Positions 1 to 8,541 of a stretch of 50,536 nt of DNA are shown here, piece after piece. The DNA comes from Methylobacteriaceae bacterium. Its GTDB lineage: Bacteria; Pseudomonadota; Alphaproteobacteria; Rhizobiales; Beijerinckiaceae. Both the position numbers and the translations under genes were made by a program. The number at the start of each line of letters is the position of its first letter. The first letter of the stretch is position 1. Location of the stretch: the NCBI GenBank assembly GCA_019244955.1, contig JAFASC010000078.1, positions 1-50,536 of the forward strand, in the 5' to 3' direction. The notes under the pieces were generated by a model, which ran no database searches, was not told where the DNA came from, and saw nothing but the letters and a program-made list of their open reading frames with translations.

Positions 1-2526
1 CTGACCGAAACCGCCGAGCAGATCGAGGCGGTTGGGACCCAGCTCGTCCTGCTCGAGCGCGATCCTTCAGACGCGGCGATGATCGCCAGCATCTTTCGTC
101 TGGTCCACACGATAAAGGGTACCTGCGGGTTTCTCGGTCTGAACCGCCTGGGTCAGCTCGCCCATGCCGCCGAAACCCTGATCGGTCGCATCCGCGACGG
201 CGCGACCCCCACACCGGATGCAGTCACGGTCATCCTCGCAGCCATCGATCGGATCAGGGCTGTTCTGGCGGAGCTTGAGCGCACCGCCCAAGAGCCGGAC
301 GGCGATGATAGTGACCTCGTCCAAGCCTTGGAATTACAAACCGCCGCCGTCGCAGTTCAGACGCCGCTGTTGGCGGCAAACGAGCTTCGCGCGCCGCAGC
401 AACCCCCAAACGTGGAGCGCTCCGCACCGGCGGGCACTGGCGAGGAACCGGGCTTTCAGGTTCGTCGTCGTCCCGAGACGATCCGTGTCGCTGTCGGCGC
501 CCTCGAGCGGATCATGCTGCTCGTCTCCGAGCTGGTTTTGACCCGCAACCAGCTCCTCGAACTTACGCGCAGGGAGAACGACGATCGGATCAAGGCGCCA
601 TTGCAGCGGCTCTCGGCCCTGACCTCCGATCTGCAAGACGCGGTCATGCGTGCTCGCATGCAGCCGGTCGGGCGTCTCTTCGGGAGCCTGCCCCGGCTTG
701 TGCGCGAACTCGCTGCTGAGGTCGGCAAGAAAATCCACCTGGTCACGCAAGGTGCGGAGACGGAACTCGATCGCCAACTGATCGAGCTCATTCGTGATCC
801 GTTGACGCATATGATCCGCAATTGCGCGGCGCACGGCATCGAAACCTCGGTCGAAAGACTTGCGAGCGGCAAGCCGGAAGCGGGCACCATTCGCATCACT
901 GCTTCGCATGAGGCGGGGCAGATCACCATTAATGTCGTGGACGATGGTCGCGGTCTCGACATCCCGCGCATTCGGCAGAAAGCGATCACGCTTGGCCTGA
1001 CCACCGAGGCAGATGTCGCCCGCATGAGCAATGACGATATCTGCCGGTTCATATTTGCCCCCGGCTTTTCGACGGCCGGCGCGGTCACTAGCCTGTCCGG
1101 CCGCGGCGTCGGAATGGATGTGGTGCGTGAAAACATCGAGGCGATCGGCGGTTCGATTTCGCTCTCTTCCACCCTCGGCCAGGGCACCTGCTTCTCGATC
1201 AAGATTCCTCTGACGCTTGCGATTGCGCCGGCACTCATCGTGCAAGCGGGGAATCATCGTTTCGCCCTCCCGCAGGTGAGTGTCGTCGAAGCGGTGGGCC
1301 TGGGCCCCGGCGCCCCTCATTACCTTGAGCAGATCCAAGGCGCCCAGGTCCTGCGCTTGCGTCAGGAGGTTCTGCCTGTCGCCGATCTCTGCGCACTCTT
1401 CGGTTTAGCAGATCAGGCGACCGAGTCGGACCAGCGTCTTGTCGTGGTCATGCGCGTCGGGGCATTGTCGTTCGGTATCCTGGTCAGCGCCGTCGCCGAT
1501 GTTCAGGAGATCGTCGTCAAGCCGCTTGGCGCTTCCCTGGCACATCTGAAGGTTTTCTCCGGCCACACCATTCTCGGCGACGGCTCCGTCGTCCTGATCC
1601 TCGATCCGGCAGGGCTCGCGGGAAGTCTCGGGCTGCAGCGCACCAGCGATTTCAATGTCACGGCTCCCACTGATGCGACGGCGCCGGCGCTTGAAAGCAC
1701 GCGGCTCATTCTGTTCCGCGCGGGTCCCGGACCGCTGAAAGCGCTGCCGCTGTCGCTTGTCTCCCGCATCGAAAGCGTCGCGAGCGAACGCCTGATGCAG
1801 TCGGACGGCACGCTGATCACGATGCACCAGGGACGGTTGGTGCCGGTCATTCCAGCCTCTCCGGATATAGTGCGCACGACAGGCCTTCATCCCGTTCTGG
1901 TGATCTCGCTTGGCGGGGAATCAATGGGCCTGCTAGTCGATGAAATCGCCGATATTATCGAAGAGCCGCTCGACATTCAGATCGTCGGCGCCGCTGACGA
2001 GATCATCGGCACTGCGGAAATCCACGGCAGTGCCGTCGACATTCTCGACATCATGCATTTCGTCCGCCACGCACGACCAAATGCCCAGTTCAGGGGCGCC
2101 ACACGGCGCTTCAAGGTTCTGCTCGTCGACGACAAACTGTTCTTCCGCGACATGCTTGCTCCCGTCCTGACTTCGGGCGGTTATGAGGTGAGCGTGTGCG
2201 CCTCGGCCTCGGAGGCGCTCGCAATCCTGCAGCGGGGCGTCGGCTTCGACGCAATTGTAACTGACACAGACATGCCGGACATGGACGGCTACCATTTGGC
2301 TCAGGCCGTGCATGAACAACCCCGGTGCGGCGACCTGCCCATCATCGCGCTTGCCGCCCATCCGAGTGCACCGGTCCTTGCAGCCGCACGCGCATCGGGG
2401 ATTTGCGCCGTCGCCGGCAAGTTCGACCGGCGTGCGCTTCTCGACGCCCTGCGCGCTTGCTTGAACTGCGAAGACCTCGCGAACACCGAACTGGAACGGC
2501 GCTTCCTAACGGAGAAAGCCGCGTGA
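1..2526 (+). CDS. cheA: Hybrid chemotaxis-type histidine kinase CheA, 5' end cut by the window edge. Domain order: HPt, dimerisation, HATPase, two CheW-like domains, C-terminal receiver.
   Basis: Frame 1 is open from base 1 (LTETAEQIEAVGTQ... precedes the listed M at 79), so the start lies upstream. HPt signature FRLVHTIKGTCGFLGL. ATPase boxes DDGRGLD and GRGVGMD. Two consecutive CheW-like segments (ALIVQAGNHRFALP...ILDPAGL and TRLILFRAG...ILDIMHF). REC follows (KVLLVDD...TDTDMPDMDG...GKFD). Confidence 0.9.
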   Translation: MTETAEQIEAVGTQLVLLERDPSDAAMIASIFRLVHTIKGTCGFLGLNRLGQLAHAAETLIGRIRDGATPTPDAVTVILAAIDRIRAVLAELERTAQEPDGDDSDLVQALELQTAAVAVQTPLLAANELRAPQQPPNVERSAPAGTGEEPGFQVRRRPETIRVAVGALERIMLLVSELVLTRNQLLELTRRENDDRIKAPLQRLSALTSDLQDAVMRARMQPVGRLFGSLPRLVRELAAEVGKKIHLVTQGAETELDRQLIELIRDPLTHMIRNCAAHGIETSVERLASGKPEAGTIRITASHEAGQITINVVDDGRGLDIPRIRQKAITLGLTTEADVARMSNDDICRFIFAPGFSTAGAVTSLSGRGVGMDVVRENIEAIGGSISLSSTLGQGTCFSIKIPLTLAIAPALIVQAGNHRFALPQVSVVEAVGLGPGAPHYLEQIQGAQVLRLRQEVLPVADLCALFGLADQATESDQRLVVVMRVGALSFGILVSAVADVQEIVVKPLGASLAHLKVFSGHTILGDGSVVLILDPAGLAGSLGLQRTSDFNVTAPTDATAPALESTRLILFRAGPGPLKALPLSLVSRIESVASERLMQSDGTLITMHQGRLVPVIPASPDIVRTTGLHPVLVISLGGESMGLLVDEIADIIEEPLDIQIVGAADEIIGTAEIHGSAVDILDIMHFVRHARPNAQFRGATRRFKVLLVDDKLFFRDMLAPVLTSGGYEVSVCASASEALAILQRGVGFDAIVTDTDMPDMDGYHLAQAVHEQPRCGDLPIIALAAHPSAPVLAAARASGICAVAGKFDRRALLDALRACLNCEDLANTELERRFLTEKAA

Positions 2527-3062
2527 GCCCGCTTGGCCTTACACTCACCGAGGGACCGAAGCCCCTCTCCGGCGCCTCGATCGATCGGCGCTGTTTCACG
2601 GTCATGGATGGCAACGAGATGTTCGGGCTGCCCGTGCAAAGCGTGCAGACGATCTTCAGGATCGAAGGCGTGACGTCCGTTCCACTCGGTCCGCGGGATG
2701 TCGAAGGTCTAGTTAATTTGCGCGGCCGGATTGTGACTGCCGTATCGCTAAAGCGCAGGCTGGCGAAGGCCTCATCGGACTGCGCCCGCGGCGCGCTGGC
2801 GATCGGCATCGAACATCGCGGTGAGAACTTCGCGTTGATCGTCGACGAGGTCGGCGACGTCATCCCCTGCGAGGAGAGTGCGGAAATTGCGCCCCCTCCG
2901 CATATTCATCCGACCCGTGCGCGCCTCATCAAGGCTTATTACCGACTCGATTCGGGCATCCTGCCGATGCTCGACATGAATGCGGTCTTCGACTTCGCGG
3001 AACGCGATCGCACCGGCGGCTCGGCGCCTCACAACAGAGCGATTATGAGGAGTGATCAATGA
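2523..3062 (+). CDS. cheW: CheW-like coupling protein
   Basis: GNEMFGLPVQSVQTIFRIEGVTSVPLGPRDVEGLVNLRGRIVTAVSLKRRL...ALIVDEVGDV is a typical CheW fold signature. GTG at 2523 overlaps the cheA TGA (GTGA), suggesting coupling. ATG at 2604 is an alternative start. The listed ORF start at 2325 lies inside cheA and is rejected. Confidence 0.85.
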   Translation: MSPLGLTLTEGPKPLSGASIDRRCFTVMDGNEMFGLPVQSVQTIFRIEGVTSVPLGPRDVEGLVNLRGRIVTAVSLKRRLAKASSDCARGALAIGIEHRGENFALIVDEVGDVIPCEESAEIAPPPHIHPTRARLIKAYYRLDSGILPMLDMNAVFDFAERDRTGGSAPHNRAIMRSDQ

Positions 3063-3424
3063 CCCAAGTGCTTGTCGTCGACGATTCGGCGGTCATCCGC
3101 AAAGTCGCCAGGCGGATTCTCGAAGGCCTGCAATTCGAAACGTCGGAAGCGGAAGACGGCAAGGTTGCTCTTGACGCCTGCGCCGCCTCGATGCCTGACG
3201 CGATCCTGCTCGATTGGAATATGCCGGTCATGGACGGCTTCGAGTTCCTGCGTGAATTGCGCCGGATGCCGGAGGGCGCGAAGCCCAAAGTGGTATTCTG
3301 CACCACCGAAAACGACGTCGCTCATATCGCTCGCGCGATGCACGCGGGCGCGGACGAATACATTATGAAGCCGTTCGATAAACAGATCGTGCAATCGAAA
3401 TTCGAAGAAATCGGGCTGGCCTGA
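3059..3424 (+). CDS. cheY: CheY-like single-domain response regulator
   Basis: 121 aa. VLVVDDS...LLDWNMPVMDG...KPF receiver signature. ATGA overlap with the cheW stop. Confidence 0.9.
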   Translation: MTQVLVVDDSAVIRKVARRILEGLQFETSEAEDGKVALDACAASMPDAILLDWNMPVMDGFEFLRELRRMPEGAKPKVVFCTTENDVAHIARAMHAGADEYIMKPFDKQIVQSKFEEIGLA

Positions 3425-3480
3425 CACCCGGCAAAGTTGGTCGATCCGCCTTCCTGTTCCAGTAACCGTGAAGCGCATAG

Positions 3481-4146
3481 ATGAGTGGAATGCACGATGA
3501 GGGGCCGAACGCGGCCAACCCGGCGGCGACCAAGCCGCGCGGCCTCACGACACCGCGCGTCCTTGCGATCGGCGCTTCGACTGGCGGACCACAGGCGCTG
3601 AGCCTGCTCCTCGGCAAACTATCGCCGCACCTCGACAACGTGCCCGTTCTCATCGTCCTGCACATGCCGCCCGACTTCACCGATGTGGTGAGCGGCCACA
3701 TCCAGCGCGCGACCGGCCGAGTCACGCGAGCGGCCCGCAACGGCGAGAAAATACGCCCGGGCGAAATTTATTTCGCCCCCGGCAATCGTCATCTGAAGGT
3801 GGCGAGGCTCGAGAGGACGCCGATTCTGCTCCACTGCGATTCTCCTCCCGAGAACTTCTGCCGCCCGGCTGTAAACGTCCTCTTTCGCTCGGTCGCGCAG
3901 GTCTATGGCCCAAGCGCTTTAGGCATCGTGCTCACCGGAATGGGCATAGATGGCCTGGAAGGCGCACGGGTGATGGTGGAAGCCGGCGGCGCAATCATAG
4001 CACAAGACAAAGCGTCAAGCGTGGTCTGGGGCATGCCCGGCGCGATCGCGCAAGAAGGTCTCGCCTCGGCAATTCTTCCGATCGAGACAATAGCGGTTCA
4101 TGTGGCCGCATTGCTGCGCAAGCGTACCGCAGGAGTTGCCGCGTGA
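3481..4146 (+). CDS. cheB: CheB-type protein-glutamate methylesterase, catalytic domain only (no N-terminal receiver)
   Basis: 221 aa. GASTGGPQAL (Ser), VLHMPP (His) and GMGIDG (Asp) match the CheB catalytic triad context. The length and N-terminus leave no room for a REC domain. Confidence 0.85.
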   Translation: MSGMHDEGPNAANPAATKPRGLTTPRVLAIGASTGGPQALSLLLGKLSPHLDNVPVLIVLHMPPDFTDVVSGHIQRATGRVTRAARNGEKIRPGEIYFAPGNRHLKVARLERTPILLHCDSPPENFCRPAVNVLFRSVAQVYGPSALGIVLTGMGIDGLEGARVMVEAGGAIIAQDKASSVVWGMPGAIAQEGLASAILPIETIAVHVAALLRKRTAGVAA

Positions 4147-4988
4147 CTTCAACCTTTGAATCTTTGCGGCAATTCCTCTACGAGCATTCCGGTCTCGCCC
4201 TTGAAGGTGACAAGCTGTATCTCGTAGAAAGCCGGCTTCTACCGATCGCGCGTGAGGCGGGACTGCCTGATCTCGCCGCTTTGCTAAAGCGCCTGCAGGC
4301 CGGCGATCGCGATCTCGGACAATCGGTCGTCGATGCCATGACGACTAACGAGACATTCTTCTTCCGCGACCGCGCACCCTTCGAGAAGTTTCGGACCGTC
4401 ATGCTGCCGAATCTTCTTGCCGCCCGGGCGGCGGAGCGGCGGCTGCGCATTTGGTGCGCCGCGTGCTCGACAGGCCAGGAGCCCTATTCGCTCGCCATGC
4501 TGCTCGACGATGAAGCGCGACGGCTCACCGGCTGGCATGTGGAGATTCTGGCGACGGACTTGTCGCGCCGCGCGATCGAAAGTGCGCGCCAAGGCCTCTA
4601 CAGCCAATTCGAGGTGCAGCGTGGCCTTCCGATCACCATGCTGCTGCGCTATTTCCAGCGCGCCGGCGAAAGATGGCAGATCAACGAATTCCTGCGCTCC
4701 CGGATCAATTTCCGCGAGTTCAATCTAATGTCGGACTTCCGTTCGCTCGGCACATTCGACGCGATCTTCTGCCGCAATGTGCTGCTCTATTTTGACGTGG
4801 CGACAAAGCGCGACATTCTGGCGCGTCTTGCCCGCGCGCTGGCGCCCGACGGATTCCTGGTGATGGGGTCGGCGGAGACAGTAATTGGCCTCTCGCAGGC
4901 GTTCATTCCCCACCAGGAGCACCCTACGCTCTTCGTCCACAAAGCGACGCAGCGCCAGCGGCCGGAACTGATGCTGGTCGCAAATTAG
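4143..4988 (+). CDS. cheR: CheR-type chemotaxis protein methyltransferase
   Basis: 281 aa. TTNETFFFRD, IWCAACSTGQEPYSLAML and IFCRNVLLYFD are CheR SAM-MTase signatures. GTGA overlap with the cheB stop. Confidence 0.9.
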   Translation: MTSTFESLRQFLYEHSGLALEGDKLYLVESRLLPIAREAGLPDLAALLKRLQAGDRDLGQSVVDAMTTNETFFFRDRAPFEKFRTVMLPNLLAARAAERRLRIWCAACSTGQEPYSLAMLLDDEARRLTGWHVEILATDLSRRAIESARQGLYSQFEVQRGLPITMLLRYFQRAGERWQINEFLRSRINFREFNLMSDFRSLGTFDAIFCRNVLLYFDVATKRDILARLARALAPDGFLVMGSAETVIGLSQAFIPHQEHPTLFVHKATQRQRPELMLVAN

Positions 4989-5027
4989 CCCCGCTACTTT
5001 TGAAGTAGTCCAATATAAAAATTAGCC
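4982..5027. promoter_or_regulatory. Operator-like intergenic architecture: 9-nt direct repeat AAATTAGCC (4982-4990 and 5019-5027) flanking the perfect palindrome CTACTT-TTG-AAGTAG (4994-5008)
   Basis: Read directly from the sequence between the cheR stop and the bfd start. This is the most AT-rich patch in that spacer. The function is not established. Confidence 0.3.
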
Positions 5028-5116
5028 TGTTGCAGGGGCTCGCGCCAGGTTGTATGCGAGCCGCCGAGTATCGACGCGGCGTGATGGCCTGCGAGAGAGA
5101 CCTCCGCCGGAAGAAC

Positions 5117-5374
5117 ATGATCGTCTGCTCCTGTAACGTCCTCTCGGATAGCGATGTGCGCAACTGCCTTAACCCGGGGCCTGGCTGCCCGCGCACCCCG
5201 GCGCAGGTCTATCAGTGTCTCGGCTGCAGCCCGGATTGCGGACGCTGCGCCCGCACGCTGCGCTCGATCATCTCCGACGCGCTTGGCGCCGCCGAACAGG
5301 CCGCTTCCTGCCAGCACGGCTGTTGCTCGGCGAGCCATATGGTCGAAGCGCTCGAGGCCGCGATCGGCGCCTAA
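5117..5374 (+). CDS. bfd: Bacterioferritin-associated ferredoxin (BFD-like [2Fe-2S])
   Basis: MIVCSCNVLSD...QCLGCSPDCGRCARTL gives the C-x-C...C-x2-C Bfd cysteine pattern. ATG at 5117 is preceded by GGAAGA. The upstream part of the listed ORF (from 5030) has no family signal. Confidence 0.8.
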   Translation: MIVCSCNVLSDSDVRNCLNPGPGCPRTPAQVYQCLGCSPDCGRCARTLRSIISDALGAAEQAASCQHGCCSASHMVEALEAAIGA

Positions 5375-5455
5375 ACGCCCGCCGCCCGGCTTGCCTAAGC
5401 CGAAGCTCTCCCACATACATTTGCCCCCACGATCAAGCCGACCGGAGGAGCAGGC

Positions 5456-5953
5456 ATGCGCGGAGACGCAAAGGTCATTGAATATCTCAATCGCGGGCTG
5501 CGCAGCGAACTCACAGCGGTAAATCAATATTGGCTGCATTACCGTATTCTCGATAATTGGGGTTACAAGGACCTCGCCAAAAAATGGCGCGAGGAATCGA
5601 TCGAGGAAATGCAGCACGCTGATCGCTTCGTCGATCGCATTCTCTTCCTCGATGGATTTCCCAACATGCAAGTGCTCGATCCCTTGCGGATCGGCCAGAA
5701 CATCGAAGAAATTTTGAGCTGCGATCTTGCCGCCGAAGTCGAGGCGCGCGGGCTTTATCTTGAGGCGGCGGCTTATTGCGATTCGATCAATGACCGGGTG
5801 ACGAAGCTTCTCTTCGAAGAGCTTGCGACCGACGAGGAAGGCCACATCGATTTCCTTGAGACGCAGCAGGAGCTCGTGAAGCAGCTCGGCGTGCAGCTCT
5901 ACGCCCAGCACCATATCGGCGAACTCGACAGCCCCAATCCCGGGTCGGTGTAA
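5456..5953 (+). CDS. bfr: Bacterioferritin
   Basis: MRGDAKVIEYLNRGLRSELTAVNQYWLHYR...SIEEMQHADR... is the classic Bfr sequence, including the heme-ligand Met context. GGAGG RBS upstream. Confidence 0.95.
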   Translation: MRGDAKVIEYLNRGLRSELTAVNQYWLHYRILDNWGYKDLAKKWREESIEEMQHADRFVDRILFLDGFPNMQVLDPLRIGQNIEEILSCDLAAEVEARGLYLEAAAYCDSINDRVTKLLFEELATDEEGHIDFLETQQELVKQLGVQLYAQHHIGELDSPNPGSV

Positions 5954-5965
5954 CGGTCTCGGCGT

Positions 5966-7198
5966 TTGCTAGACTCCGTTGTGATCGCCGGCGCCGGCCA
6001 GGCGGGGTTCCAGACCGCCGCCTCGCTGCGCCAGGACGGTTTTGCCGGGCGCATCGTGATGGTCGGAGACGAGCCGGGCTTACCCTACCAGCGCCCGCCT
6101 TTGTCGAAGGCCTACCTCATGGGCAAGACGACGGCCGAGGCGCTGACGTTCCGTCCGGAGAAATTCTTCGTAGATAATCGTATTGAGATCGTTGCGCAGA
6201 CGCGCGTCACCGCAATCGACCGCACCAACAAACGCGTGGCGTTGTCGAGCGGCGAGACGCTCGATTACGATCACCTCGTCTTGGCGCTCGGCGCGCATAA
6301 CCGCGCGCTGCCGATCCGCGGCGCCGCCTTGGAAGGCGTCTTCGGCCTGCGCACGCTCGCCGACGCGGATGCGATCGGCGCGATGCTCGCCGATGCGCAC
6401 GAGGTCGTCGTCGCCGGTGCCGGCTTCATCGGGCTCGAGTTCGGGGCAGTGGCGAGCGCGCTAGGCAAGTCTGTGCACGTTCTCGAGCTTGCCGACCGGA
6501 CCATGGCGCGCGCCATCTCGCCGGCAATGTCGCAGCTCTTCGCCGCCGCGCATGCATCGTGGGGCGTGAACATCGATTTCGGTCAGGGCCTCGCCGCGCT
6601 CGCGGGTGAACGCGGCCGCGTCTGCGCGGTCGAGACGACGGACGGACGCAAGCGCCCCGCCGATGTTGTCGTGGTCGGGATCGGCGTGCTGCCCAATGCG
6701 GCAATCGCGGCAGAGGCGGGGCTCGACATCGACAACGGCATCAAGGTCGATGCCGAGTTGCTCACCTCCGATCCGACGATCTCCGCGATCGGCGATTGCG
6801 CCTCCTTCCCGAGTCCTTATACCGGCTCACATATCAGGCTCGAATCGGTACAGAATGCCGCCGATCAGGGCCGTGCCGTCGCGGCGCGGCTCATGGGCAG
6901 GGCCGCGCCTTACGGGGCGGTGCCGTGGTTCTGGAGCGACCAGCGCGACCTCAAACTGCAGATCGCGGGACTGTCGATCGGCGCCGACACGACGATTGTC
7001 GTCGGAAATCGCGACGAGCGGCGCCTGTCGGTGCTCTGCTTCAGAGGCGACAAGCTGCTCGCCGTCGAATCGGTCAATCGCGGCGCCGATCATGTCGCCG
7101 CGCGCAAGATGTTCGCACGCGGCACGCCCCCGCTAACGCCTGCAGAGGCGAGCAGACCGGATTTCGATCTGAAAGCATGGGAAGCAGCAACTCGCTGA
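5966..7198 (+). CDS. FAD/NAD(P)H-dependent ferredoxin (rubredoxin/putidaredoxin)-reductase-family flavoprotein
   Basis: VVIAGAGQAG (FAD GxGxxG), YQRPPLSK, VVVAGAGFIGLE (NAD site) and AIGDCA. 410 aa. Starts 13 nt after bfr. TTG start as listed; GTG at 5981 is possible. Confidence 0.85.
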   Translation: MLDSVVIAGAGQAGFQTAASLRQDGFAGRIVMVGDEPGLPYQRPPLSKAYLMGKTTAEALTFRPEKFFVDNRIEIVAQTRVTAIDRTNKRVALSSGETLDYDHLVLALGAHNRALPIRGAALEGVFGLRTLADADAIGAMLADAHEVVVAGAGFIGLEFGAVASALGKSVHVLELADRTMARAISPAMSQLFAAAHASWGVNIDFGQGLAALAGERGRVCAVETTDGRKRPADVVVVGIGVLPNAAIAAEAGLDIDNGIKVDAELLTSDPTISAIGDCASFPSPYTGSHIRLESVQNAADQGRAVAARLMGRAAPYGAVPWFWSDQRDLKLQIAGLSIGADTTIVVGNRDERRLSVLCFRGDKLLAVESVNRGADHVAARKMFARGTPPLTPAEASRPDFDLKAWEAATR

Positions 7199-7467
7199 TT
7201 AACCATTGCAGTTACCGCAGGCCTGATCTGACCGTTCGAATTCTAAAGAATTGATTCAGATTTCAGCCGCTAAGTGGCGCCCTGTCGTTCTCGGGTGCGT
7301 CCATGTCCCGGCTGAAACTGCCGTCGCCGTCAACCAGCTTCATGCTTGTCCTCACCGCAATATCGATGTTCACGCTCGGGCGCGCCCCCGGACCGCCGCG
7401 GCTCAGAATTCGCGACCTTGAAATTCAGATGAGCCTCAACGTTCAGCACATCGACACCGACGCGTAG

Positions 7468-7965
7468 CTAAACCCGCATGACCTTGCCCTTGGCGGCTGC
7501 AAGCGCTTCCGGCCGCAATTCACAGCACAACAGCCGCTCGGGATCGACCGGACCCGGCATGATCAGCTGCCCCTGCGGCACCGCACGGAATCCGACGCGG
7601 GCATAGTAGGGCGCGTCCCCGACAAGCAGCACTAGGCCGTGACCGGCCGTGCGTGCTGCATCAAGCGATTTCATCACCAATGCCTCGCCCAGTCCGCGCG
7701 AGCGGAACGCCGGCTCGACCGTCAATGGACCAAGCAGAAGCGCCGGCTCGCCTCCGCACAAAATCGGCGTCATCCGGTTGGCGCCCACGACCAGCGTGCC
7801 GATCCGCGCAACAAAAGACAGGTTCCAGTCGGGCTCGACACCCTCTCGCAAACGATAGGCGCTTTTGGCGAACCTTCCGGGCCCGAACGCGCGCGCATCC
7901 AGGCGGCCGATCGCAATAAGATCGTCGGGCGTGAGCGGCGCGAAGTCGAACGGAATATCTGCCAT
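7468..7965 (-). CDS. GNAT-family N-acetyltransferase
   Basis: 165 aa. VEPAFRSRGLGEALV acetyl-CoA-binding motif (R/Q-x-x-G-x-G/A). ATG start. Confidence 0.8.
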   Translation of the reverse strand: MADIPFDFAPLTPDDLIAIGRLDARAFGPGRFAKSAYRLREGVEPDWNLSFVARIGTLVVGANRMTPILCGGEPALLLGPLTVEPAFRSRGLGEALVMKSLDAARTAGHGLVLLVGDAPYYARVGFRAVPQGQLIMPGPVDPERLLCCELRPEALAAAKGKVMRV

Positions 7966-8023
7966 GGCTCAGAGCGGGCGCGGAGGGCGCGCCTCTAACA
8001 TGAGGCAGAGGGCAGAGCAAAGC

Positions 8024-8503
8024 TCACCAGATCGCCGAGACCGGAGCGCCGTTCACGTATTCCCCGAGGCGCGCGCGTGTCGCGCGTGTCGTTTGCTTGG
8101 GCAGATCGTCGAGCGGAAAGAATCGCGCCTCCGCAATCTCGCGATCCGGCTTTTTCGCCGAAATCTGCTCGAACGAGGGCACTTCGAACAGCACGACATG
8201 ATCGCTGCGCCCGCGCGAATTGAAGTAGATGCCGATAAGACGCGGCGCTCCGATGATCCTGATATTGGTCTCCTCGACAAGCTCGCGGGCCAACGCCTCG
8301 CCGACGCTCTCGCGTGGATCGACTGCACCGCCCGGCAGGTACCAGCCCGGCACATAAGTGTGGCGCACGAGCAGCACCCGGCCTTCTGCGTCGCGCACAA
8401 TGCCGCGCACGCCGAGGGTCACCGGCCGGCTGATCCGGTTGATCCATCCGCCGAGCCGAGACACGGCTCGCGTCCGGAAGCTTACCGGGCGAGCTGTTGG
8501 CAC
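8024..8503 (-). CDS. Nudix hydrolase
   Basis: Nudix box GGAVDPRESVGEALARELVEETNI. GTG start as listed. Start uncertain. Confidence 0.85.
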   Translation of the reverse strand: MPTARPVSFRTRAVSRLGGWINRISRPVTLGVRGIVRDAEGRVLLVRHTYVPGWYLPGGAVDPRESVGEALARELVEETNIRIIGAPRLIGIYFNSRGRSDHVVLFEVPSFEQISAKKPDREIAEARFFPLDDLPKQTTRATRARLGEYVNGAPVSAIW

Positions 8504-8541
8504 AGCTTGACGCCCCAGTGCCTGCGCCCCAGGGAATTCAG

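Noticed and set aside
334-1338. Long antisense ORFs opposite well-supported genes. Examples: 334-1338(-) and 456-1238(-) versus cheA; 4994-5914(-) versus bfd/bfr; 18699-19808(-); 23717-24994(-); 25470-26384(+); 31057-31695(-); 43369-44205(-); 46400-47509(-); 49371-50123(-).
   Set aside because: These are typical shadow ORFs of GC-rich DNA. Their translations are Arg/Ala/Pro/Gly-rich with no family motifs. The opposite strand carries unmistakable signatures (CheA, Bfr, thiolase, NadD and others).
7236-7260. TTCTAAA-containing AT-rich patch (TCGAATTCTAAAGAATTGATTC) downstream of the bfr-reductase unit, read as an Irr ICE box.
   Set aside because: Only one half-site resembles the ICE consensus as I remember it (TTTAGAA-N3-TTCTAAA). 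The partner half is absent. The position, downstream of the operon, does not fit an operator role.
8073-8090. Tandem 9-nt repeat GCGCGTGTC x2, plus other short tandem or low-complexity runs (the 22300 CATCATCAT run, the 22428 CTCATC run, the Gly-rich region at 14160-14420).
   Set aside because: They lie inside coding regions and translate in frame (TRATRAR in the Nudix tail; Ile/Leu runs in permeases; the Gly-rich linker of the Tim44-like protein). There is no spacer/repeat organisation, so this is not a CRISPR array or a satellite.
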